Origin: an uncultured cyanobacterium
GTDB lineage: Bacteria; Cyanobacteriota; Cyanobacteriia; Cyanobacteriales; CAWUOF01
DNA: 64,000 nt
Assembly (NCBI GenBank): GCA_963744145.1
Contig: CAVUSO010000001.1
Coordinates: forward strand, 6,976,001-7,040,000
Reading direction: 5' to 3'
The notes beneath the pieces were generated by a model. The model searched no databases. It saw only the letters and a program-made list of their open reading frames with translations, and had not been told where the DNA came from. The translations under genes and the position numbers were made by a program. Shown one piece after another: positions 52,978 to 61,586 of the stretch (its first letter is position 1; each line of letters begins with the position of its first letter).

Positions 52978-53872
52978 TTATGTAGCGATAGATCGGACAA
53001 ATTGGAAAGGGATAAATTTATTTATAGTTAGTGTAATTTGGGATCAAAGAAGCTTTCCTGTATATTTTGAATTATTACCGAAATTAGGTAATAGCAACTT
53101 CTCTGAGCAAAAAGGAATTTTATCTCAAGTATTACCATTATTTAGCAATTATAAAGTCTGCCTTTTAGGAGATAGGGAATTTTGTTCAATTCAGCTAGCA
53201 AATTGGCTGTCAGAGCAGCAAATTTACTTCTGTTTACGTCTCAAAAAAAGCCATTTCATCGAACAAAAACCAGGCGTTTGGTTAACCTTAAAAGACTTAG
53301 GTTTATCTCCGGGTGTTTCCCTATTTATCAAAGGAGTTAAAGTTACTAAAACTCACAGCTCATTGGGATTTAATCTGGCTGGTAAATCGCCAAGAAAAAT
53401 TTGCGGATTAGCTCCGGAAGAAGCCTGGTTTATTTTGACAAATTTTGAGACTTTAGCCGCAGCAATTTCGGCTTATAAAAAACGATTTGAGCTTGAGGAA
53501 ATGTTTAGGGATTTTAAGAAAGGTGGCTATAATTTAGAGGATACTAATGTTGCAGATGAGCGTTTAATCAGCCTAATTATCTTAATATCAATTGCTTATA
53601 CTTCGGCCACATTACAAGGACAAAAAATTAAAGCCAAAGGTATCCAAAAATATGTTGGTCCTGTCAAAGAATCTGGACGTACTGAAAGAAGACATAGTAG
53701 TTTTTAGATCGGATTATATGGACAAACATGGGTAAATTTCGCAGATGATTGTCGAGAATTAGTGGAGGAGTTATTGAGATTAAATTGCAATAAGCGCAAG
53801 TATTATCAGCAAGGTTACAGGGCTATGATGCTTATTCTGTCTACATTTTAGCCATCTTTGTCGCCCCTTCAG
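52978..53872 (+). mobile_element. IS4-family element, 5'-truncated, with nonsense codon at 53705
   Basis: AIDRTNW, GDREF, YKKRFELEEMFRDFKKGGYNLE; ends TTTGTCGCCCCTTCAG. Confidence 0.82.
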
Positions 53873-53956
53873 CCTCCTGAGTTAATTAAATTGCATCTTC
53901 AATTAAGTCATCCTTATTATTGGAGTGGATTTACGATGATTGGTAATCCTTGGTAA
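53873..53956 (+). pseudogene. 3' stub of a further TPS-CHAT array gene
   Basis: PPELIKLHLQLSHPYYWSGFTMIGNPW*; downstream sequence matches 3135-3168. Confidence 0.85.
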
Positions 53957-54071
53957 ATTAACCAACTCGATCGACCTTGGTCTTTAGACCTATTCTCCTC
54001 GTGAGAGATGGAGAAGGTATGATCGATATCATAACTGGTTGAGAATTGCTTGCATTTACCCATGATTGATT

Positions 54072-54776
54072 ATGCTCACCTCTGAACCCAAATTAGGACA
54101 TAATTTACCTACCGCCGAAGACTTACCTTTTTCTGACGATCGCCCTGTGGATAGTGAACTTCAAGATAAAATCTCCCATCTGTTAGAATCCATCCTGAAT
54201 TATATTTGGGCTAGCCGACCTGATTGGTTTTTTGGAATCGACATCGGTTGGTATTTTGACCCTCATCAACCCGCTTTAGCCCCAGACGCTTTGCTCAGTT
54301 TAGGAGTACCAAGAGTTTCAGGAGAAAACCTGCGTTTAAGTTATGTGACCTGGCAAGAAAATGGGGTAGTGCCAATTTTCATGCTCGAAGTAGTTTCTCG
54401 CACCCCAGGAGGTGAGTATAAACGCAAGAAAATTGAATATGCACAACAGGGAGTTTTGTATTATGTCATCTATGCTCCTTTCCGCCGTCGTTAGCCTAGA
54501 TTTATGGTGCATCGTCTAAGTGCAGGTAAGTACGAATTGCTCTCAGGTAATCCAGTTTGGCTGCCAGAAATTGGCTTAGGAATTGGCAAAGAAGTTGGTA
54601 CTTATCATGGGATTAAGCGAGAATGGTTATATTGGTATGACGAACAAGGACATCGATATCCAACCCCTGAAGAAATCACCCAACGAGAATATCAAGCCCG
54701 ACTTGAAGCCGAGCAACGAGTTCGGCGACTAGCAGCACAATTAGCAGCCCTGGGAATTGACCCTAATACAATTTGA
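54072..54776 (+). pseudogene. Uma2 (DUF820) family endonuclease with in-frame TAG at 54492
   Basis: LPFSDDRPVD, PDALLSLGV, LEVVS, GVLYYVIY, WLYWYD motifs spread over two same-frame ORFs. Confidence 0.85.
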
Positions 54777-55181
54777 ATATTATAATTGATCGGGTGTTCT
54801 GCATCCGATCTTACTCATCCTCCCTGGAAATTACCTTAATTCAGGTTGAAGGAAAGCCGGTTTCTGAAACTATCATTGAGGAACGGCGCTAGACAGCAAT
54901 TTATTATTTCAAAACAATGGAAAATAATTCTCAGCGTCTGTGCGATCACGCTAATCCGGATATTATGCCCAGCTGGACATGGTAACTTCGTTCGCCATTC
55001 CTCACTTGGTTATAGCATTAAATTATCATATTTGCAAGATATCTATCCATAATCTCTTTCTTGTGATACCAATAGATCAGTAGGAGACTAGAGCAAACAC
55101 TGTAGATAGTCCTACTAAGGAAGATAACAATGACCCATCACCAGCGATCGCAACCTTGAAGGTAAAAAGGAAGAGACCAAG

Positions 55182-56798
55182 ATGTTCAGTCATATACCCA
55201 CCCCTCCCAAACGGGACGATTCGGTTAGTAAATTCTGTACATATCTAAGAATAGAGAAAGTAAATGATCGGTCAACTATTTACTGGAAATCCGTTCCTCA
55301 TTTGCAACGTCATATCAAATTGTACAAAGAGAAACACGAACAATTTTTATTGTTATTGGAGCAGGAAGATCAAGATAGAGAATTAGTGGTGTTTTGGATA
55401 GAGATAGCACTTCATCATCTCCCTCAACCAACTGCATGGGAATTGCCCAATCGGGAGGAATTAGCTGTACAACACTTACAATTTTACTGTGAAGAGAGTT
55501 GCTATTATGCTGCTAAAGAAATTTGGTTAAAAAATCAGTCTTTTGCTTGGGAAGACTATTTCGCTATTGGTCAAAGTTTGATTTATGACCGTGATGCTTT
55601 TAGAAGAATTTTAGCCAGATATAATTGCAGCCAAAGTCTATTTTCTACCTATATAAAATCTTCCTTAAGCAAGCATATTAAAGATAAAGCATCAGTGTCT
55701 AAATTTGGTCGTTGGCGATTATTATGTAAGGAAAAAGATGAGATATTAAAAGCCGCATTGTTAGCAGAGTCAGGATGGAAAACTGAGCAAACGAGAAATT
55801 TTTTATCTGCTCGAAAATGTTTTAAACAAGTTTATCATATTAATAAAGTTCAAAATCCTGCTCACAGAACTGGAACTATATGGCCTAATCCTGACTCTCG
55901 TGATTTCCAAGAATCTGCTGAAGTTTACAATACTGAGAAACGGTTGTTTTCTATAGCACCAGATCTTACTGGGGAGGAATTAGAAAAGTGGATGAATATC
56001 TGTATTATTGCTTTACAAAATTATGCTGATCAATCGATCCCATTATCTCATTGTACTTCGATAGAATTTCTCCAAGATGTCGGGCATGAATTTGAGCTAG
56101 AAAAAGAAAGCATTGCGAGAGAAACTGCATCATTAGCAGAGGAACAAGGAAGTATAATTAAGCGAATTGAGCGAGATTTATATCAGCAATTACTGACCTT
56201 AAAATCTGAACAGCAGGAAGTTATGATCCTTTATTATGGATGTAGTTGGAATCAAACCCAGATCGGAAATAGATATGGGGTTCGTCAAGATAATATCTCT
56301 CATCGGTTGAATAATATTAAACATAAGTTGCTCCAAACTTTAGTAAAATTAAGTCAACCTGATCTTCGGATTAAGTCTTACATAGATGAATGGTTTAAGC
56401 TTAACTATTTAGCTAATCAAACATCAAAAGATTTAATTAATGTTGCTTTATTAGCCGCTTTTAAGTTACTAGACGAACGAAAGCAACAGATCTTGCAACT
56501 CCGCTATGAGCAAAAGCAAAATGAAGCAGATATTGCTCGTCATTTCCATCTAACTCAAGCTGAAGTTTTGGCAATTATTCAATCTAGCAATTATCAGTTA
56601 GAAATTGCCTTAAGAAAGCAGATGGATCTTTGGATGAAAGAGATTATCAAAAGCTGGCTCAAGAATTTTTGTTTAGATTTAGTAAGGTCGGAATGTGATA
56701 ATTTAGAATTGTTATTTCCCGGCTTAAAAACAGCAAGTCCAGAGGAAATAAATTTATTATTAAAAGAGTGCTTAAAGAAGTTGATTGCTGAAAATTAA
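55182..56798 (+). CDS. Sigma-70-like protein with two region-4-type HTHs
   Basis: LYYG...QTQIGNRYGVRQDNISHRL and LRYE...EADIARHFHLTQ; precedes a DUF1822 gene. Confidence 0.7.
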   Translation: MFSHIPTPPKRDDSVSKFCTYLRIEKVNDRSTIYWKSVPHLQRHIKLYKEKHEQFLLLLEQEDQDRELVVFWIEIALHHLPQPTAWELPNREELAVQHLQFYCEESCYYAAKEIWLKNQSFAWEDYFAIGQSLIYDRDAFRRILARYNCSQSLFSTYIKSSLSKHIKDKASVSKFGRWRLLCKEKDEILKAALLAESGWKTEQTRNFLSARKCFKQVYHINKVQNPAHRTGTIWPNPDSRDFQESAEVYNTEKRLFSIAPDLTGEELEKWMNICIIALQNYADQSIPLSHCTSIEFLQDVGHEFELEKESIARETASLAEEQGSIIKRIERDLYQQLLTLKSEQQEVMILYYGCSWNQTQIGNRYGVRQDNISHRLNNIKHKLLQTLVKLSQPDLRIKSYIDEWFKLNYLANQTSKDLINVALLAAFKLLDERKQQILQLRYEQKQNEADIARHFHLTQAEVLAIIQSSNYQLEIALRKQMDLWMKEIIKSWLKNFCLDLVRSECDNLELLFPGLKTASPEEINLLLKECLKKLIAEN

Positions 56799-56808
56799 GG
56801 AGGCTAGC

Positions 56809-58281
56809 ATGATGTACGAAATTAATGAAATCAAAAATATGGAATTGAACCAATTGTGGCTGTTCATTAATCCCGATACTCAAAAAGTAGCATGGGAGAA
56901 AGCTCAGAAACATTCTAATGCGATCGCTCGCTATAATGCCTATGTGAATAATATTTGTTTACAAACGTTCTTAAAATGGTTTAGTGATTGGCTGATTGAA
57001 GAAGTGACCATTCAACCGACAATATGGTCTAATGAGCAAGCTTTACCTACTTTTTGGGAAATAGTTAATGGTACAGCTATTCAATTAGGTGAAACGCGAC
57101 TGATAATAATTCCCACGGAAACAACAGATTTAGAAGAGTTACGAGTGCCCCAGGAATGGGTGGATATTCCTAATTGGATGGGAGACTATTATTTGGCAGT
57201 AGAGGTAAATTTAGAAAGTGATGAAAATGAATGCTGGATTAGAGTACATGGTTTTGCTACTCATCGTCAGCTTAAGTATGAGGGTATTTATGATCAGAGC
57301 GATCGCACTTATAGTTTAGCTGTAGATCAGTTAACCGAGAGTCTAGAGGTGATGCAGATAATTTGTGGTTTGAATGTGCGGGCAGAAGTTGCTCAATTGC
57401 CACAAATGGAAGCTTCAGCGATCGATAAATTATTGCAGTTATTTGGTGATGCTTCTATATATTCTCCTCGGTTGCGAACTGATATACCCTTTGTAGAATG
57501 GGCGACTTTGTTAGCATCAGAAAAATATAGACAACAGCTATATAATCGACGGATGGGATTATTAGTACCACAACCAATAGATTTAAAAGCATGGTTGCAA
57601 AAGCTGACAGATCAGACACAAATAGCAATGGATGAGATCTGGCAAACTTATGAAACATTATTTGTGCCATTAACACCAGTTTGGAATAATCGAGGGGTAG
57701 AAAAAAACCATGAGGGGAGTTATCGGGATGCGATCGCTGCGATAATTCCACTTTTAGATCCGCAAAAATCTGATGAACGGACTCGGTGTCAAGCTGCGGG
57801 GGTATTAGGAAAAATTGGCATTGGTAATCGAGATGCAATTAAAGCTTTAACGGAATTATTGCAAACTGCTAATGATGAAGAAACTCGTTGGGAAGCTAGT
57901 TTGAGTTTAGGCAAAATTGACCCCGGAAATCCCTTAGCAGGTATTAAAAAAGCGCGATTAATTGACTTAGGAATGCAACTAGAAAGTTATCAGATTGGGT
58001 TAGTAGTTGCAATTATGCCTAAAGTTAAGGATAAAATCGGTGTTTTTCTGCAAGTACAGCCACTTAAAGATAGCGAAAGACTACCTCCTAATTTAAAAGT
58101 GAGTGTACTTTCTGAATTGGGTCAACCGATTGCAGGTTTGCAAAAAGAATCTCGTCGTAATGATACTAATGAAGGAATAGACAAATTTCTAGTTTTGCGT
58201 TTTAGTCCACCATCAGGAACTTTATTTCGAGTTCAGATTAGTTTGGGCGATCGCGCGATCACAGAAGATTTTATTGCTTAA
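56809..58281 (+). CDS. DUF1822-family protein with HEAT repeats
   Basis: WEIVNGTAI, VPQEWVDIP, DYYLAV motifs; AAGVLGKIG/ASLSLGKI HEAT-like repeats; AAGGAGG RBS. Confidence 0.85.
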   Translation: MMYEINEIKNMELNQLWLFINPDTQKVAWEKAQKHSNAIARYNAYVNNICLQTFLKWFSDWLIEEVTIQPTIWSNEQALPTFWEIVNGTAIQLGETRLIIIPTETTDLEELRVPQEWVDIPNWMGDYYLAVEVNLESDENECWIRVHGFATHRQLKYEGIYDQSDRTYSLAVDQLTESLEVMQIICGLNVRAEVAQLPQMEASAIDKLLQLFGDASIYSPRLRTDIPFVEWATLLASEKYRQQLYNRRMGLLVPQPIDLKAWLQKLTDQTQIAMDEIWQTYETLFVPLTPVWNNRGVEKNHEGSYRDAIAAIIPLLDPQKSDERTRCQAAGVLGKIGIGNRDAIKALTELLQTANDEETRWEASLSLGKIDPGNPLAGIKKARLIDLGMQLESYQIGLVVAIMPKVKDKIGVFLQVQPLKDSERLPPNLKVSVLSELGQPIAGLQKESRRNDTNEGIDKFLVLRFSPPSGTLFRVQISLGDRAITEDFIA

Positions 58282-58294
58282 AGGAGTAGTAGTC

Positions 58295-60685
58295 ATGGGA
58301 AAAGTTGCAGTTTTAAGTTTTATTGCCAATGAATCAAAATCTGACTTTACTGTCCACTTACAAATTTGTAAAGATGACGGTTTACCAGAATCAGAAATTA
58401 CTGGCGGTAAATTGCCAGCAAACCAAATAATCGAAGGTTGTTATTCAATGTGGAAAACCAACTTTCGTGGGATAAAATCGAATCTGAGAAGTAATGAAGA
58501 TGGTTGGGAAATAGATGATAATATTAGCCACTTTGCTAGTAATGAAGGAGTAGATGCTTGCCGTCAATATGTAGAGCAGTTAAACAAAAATATGCAAAAT
58601 TGGCTGGAAGAATCTAAAGATAAAAAATGGCAGAAAATTAGGGAAAAGCTCAGTCAAGAATTAGCTAAACACCCTGACATGAGACTGACTGTTAAATCAA
58701 ATATTTCTTTGTGGAAATTACCTTGGCACTGCTTCGATATATTGCAGAATTATCCTGATGTTGGTCTTAGTTTTAGTCTGGAAGATTACGAAATAGAAAA
58801 TTTACAAAAGGAAACTCTTGCTCATCAAGGTAAAGTCCGAATTCTGGCGGTTTTTGGCAATAATGAAAATTTAGATTTAGAACCAGATAAACAAGCAATT
58901 AGGAGTTTAAATGGTGTAGTTCCAGAATTTTTAGAGCAGGTGCGATCGCAGCAACTAATCGAAAAACTCCAAGATGAGACGGGCTGGGATATTTTCTACT
59001 TTGCTGGTCATAGTGAGACTGAAGATGAAAAAGGGAGAATTTACATCAATGAAACCGAATATTTAGAAATAAATCAATTTGCCAATACTTTAAAAGCAGC
59101 GATCAGAAAAGGTTTAAAAATAGTTATTTTTAATTCTTGTCAGGGGAGTGGATTAGCTTTAGCAGCAGCTAAATTGCAAATTCCCGTTGTTATTTTTATG
59201 CAAGAAAAAGTACCTGACCAAGTATCCCATAGTTTTGTAAAAGATTTTTTGACAGAATATGCTGGGGGGAAGTTGTTACATACTGCTTTTAGGAAAGCAC
59301 AAGAGAAACTGGAAAAATTTACTGATTTACCGGGATGTACTGGATTACCAAAGTTATACCAAAATCTGGGAGTAATACCTCCAACTTGGCAACAATTACG
59401 CGATAAAATTGAACCACATCCCTTACCATCACCACCACCTAAACCTAAGTTACAAACTGTTTTAATTGCTAGTTTTATTGTTACCAGTTTGATAGTTGGG
59501 GTGCGATCGCTTGGTTTTTTACAGGGTTTAGAATTAGCAGCTTATGACCATCTCATGCGAATGCGATTACCTGAAAAACCAGACGATCGGTTTTTGATTA
59601 TAACAGTCGGTGAAGAAGATATACAATATCAAGCAAAAAGATATAAAGATTTAAATCATTCCTTATCAGATACAGCATTCATGGATCTTTTAAATAAATT
59701 AGCTCCTCATCAGCCACGAGTAATTGGCTTAGATATTTATAGGGATTTATCTGAAAATTTCAGTAAAATTTTACCAAAAAATCAGAATTTTACATTAATA
59801 AATATATGTACAATATCTGGTAGCAAAATTAAAAGTATAAATCCTCCTCCTGGTATTACAAACGAATATTTTGGCTTTAATAATGTACCAAATGATCCAG
59901 ATGATGTTATCCGCAGGCAAATGCTATATAGGAGCAAGGATGATATTTGTCCAACAAATGATTCGTTCAGTTTAAAGATAGCGCTGAGTTATTTAAAAGC
60001 TAAGACAAATAGACTCAATGAAAATAAATTAGAAATTGCTTCACCATCATTAGGTAATTTCGCTTATCCGGAAAAATTTCAGCATAATTTTGGTGGTTAC
60101 AACTTATCGCCAGAAGAAGCTATGGGATATCAAATTCTACTAAATTACCGATCAGCTTCTTTCCCAAAAATTTCTATGAGGGAAATTTTTAACGGATCAA
60201 TGGATTCAAGACTTGCCGAATTGGTAAAATCTCGTATAGTTCTTATTGGTATTGACAAGGATAATGAAGACCAGCATTATACTCCTTATACTAATGGGCA
60301 AAAGCGTGAGAAATTACCTGGTGTAATTATCCAGGCGCACATGGCTAGTTCGATTATTAGCGCAGTTTTAGATAATCGTAGTTTATTATGGTGGTGTCCA
60401 AAATGGGTAGAAACGATTTGGAGTTGGAGTTGGTCTATCATAGGAGGGTTACTGATTTGGATGCTGCGATCGCCATTACTACAATTATTGGCAATTTTGG
60501 CGACATTAAGCACTATATATATAATCTGTTTGATATTTTTTCTATTTGCAGGTTGGATACCACTTATCCCATCCAGTTTAGCCTTGATAATTACCAGTGG
60601 AAGTGTAATAATTTACACAAATTTTTCCGAATCAAAAAATTGCAAATATTTTCTAAAAAAACTAAAGGAGGAAAATAGAATATGA
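58295..60685 (+). CDS. CHAT-like + CHASE2 domain membrane protein
   Basis: LPW, FAGHS, FNSC motifs; TM helix; AYDHLM, IGLDIYRD, PGVIIQA; three C-terminal TM helices. Confidence 0.88.
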   Translation: MGKVAVLSFIANESKSDFTVHLQICKDDGLPESEITGGKLPANQIIEGCYSMWKTNFRGIKSNLRSNEDGWEIDDNISHFASNEGVDACRQYVEQLNKNMQNWLEESKDKKWQKIREKLSQELAKHPDMRLTVKSNISLWKLPWHCFDILQNYPDVGLSFSLEDYEIENLQKETLAHQGKVRILAVFGNNENLDLEPDKQAIRSLNGVVPEFLEQVRSQQLIEKLQDETGWDIFYFAGHSETEDEKGRIYINETEYLEINQFANTLKAAIRKGLKIVIFNSCQGSGLALAAAKLQIPVVIFMQEKVPDQVSHSFVKDFLTEYAGGKLLHTAFRKAQEKLEKFTDLPGCTGLPKLYQNLGVIPPTWQQLRDKIEPHPLPSPPPKPKLQTVLIASFIVTSLIVGVRSLGFLQGLELAAYDHLMRMRLPEKPDDRFLIITVGEEDIQYQAKRYKDLNHSLSDTAFMDLLNKLAPHQPRVIGLDIYRDLSENFSKILPKNQNFTLINICTISGSKIKSINPPPGITNEYFGFNNVPNDPDDVIRRQMLYRSKDDICPTNDSFSLKIALSYLKAKTNRLNENKLEIASPSLGNFAYPEKFQHNFGGYNLSPEEAMGYQILLNYRSASFPKISMREIFNGSMDSRLAELVKSRIVLIGIDKDNEDQHYTPYTNGQKREKLPGVIIQAHMASSIISAVLDNRSLLWWCPKWVETIWSWSWSIIGGLLIWMLRSPLLQLLAILATLSTIYIICLIFFLFAGWIPLIPSSLALIITSGSVIIYTNFSESKNCKYFLKKLKEENRI

Positions 60686-61476
60686 ATACATATAAGTTAA
60701 GTTTTCGTTTGATAAATATTTTGGGTGCGATCAGTTGGATATTTATAAGCTTTACTATGTATCCTTCACAAGCATGGGGACAGTTAAACCAACCCAATAG
60801 TAATGTTAATAATAAAAGATTGCGCTTTATTCCACCAACATTAGAGGATCAAAATAATAATGATGGTGCACCTAAAGATGAAACAACCACAGGAGGACGT
60901 AATCCCTGTCCAAATGTAAAAATACCTTTAACTGCTTTGACACCTAGAAAAAAATTAGGTTTGAGTGTTAGTAAACAGCCTACTCTTTGGTTTTATGTTC
61001 CCTATTATTCACCTAATCTACAAGGTATAGAATTTGATTTGCTTGATTCAGAAAATAATCGTGTTTATAACTCACAGCGATTTCAGCCACAAGAAAACCA
61101 GAACTTCATTAGTATTCAGATTCCTAGTTCAATATCTTTAGAATCCAATAAAGATTATCAATGGGCATTGTATGTTTACTGTAATCCCGACAACTCATCT
61201 GATCATGCTGATTTCATGGGTGTGTTTCAAGTTACAGAAGGTAATCTTTCTCTGAATAGAGAATTACAAAAAGCAAAAACTTTGTTGCAACAAGTTGCTG
61301 CTTATGCAAATAATGGTATTTGGTATGATGCTGTGAATACATTAACTAGACTGCGATGTGAGCAACCAAAAAATGCCGAAATAGAAAGTGAATGGATTTC
61401 TTTCTTAGAGTCTGTTAAAGGGTTAGAAGAAATTAGCAAAGTTAGCGATATCAAGTGTTACAGCTATAAGGAATAA
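60682..61476 (+). CDS. DUF928-domain secreted protein
   Basis: Signal peptide; LTALTP, PTLWFYVPY, YQW, YANNGIWYDA. Confidence 0.88.
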   Translation: MNTYKLSFRLINILGAISWIFISFTMYPSQAWGQLNQPNSNVNNKRLRFIPPTLEDQNNNDGAPKDETTTGGRNPCPNVKIPLTALTPRKKLGLSVSKQPTLWFYVPYYSPNLQGIEFDLLDSENNRVYNSQRFQPQENQNFISIQIPSSISLESNKDYQWALYVYCNPDNSSDHADFMGVFQVTEGNLSLNRELQKAKTLLQQVAAYANNGIWYDAVNTLTRLRCEQPKNAEIESEWISFLESVKGLEEISKVSDIKCYSYKE

Positions 61477-61495
61477 GGGGTTCTCAGCAGAAGAA

Positions 61496-61565
61496 GGGTG
61501 AAGCATTCATATCTAATATTACTAGTTTGATCATTCAATTGTCGCTAAACATGCTTCACCCCTAC
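61496..61565. repeat. REP-like inverted repeat doublet between convergent genes
   Basis: GGGTGAAGCAT ... ATGCTTCACCCCTAC. Confidence 0.6.
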
Positions 61566-61586
61566 ACTTAAATGAACCGTATTGAC

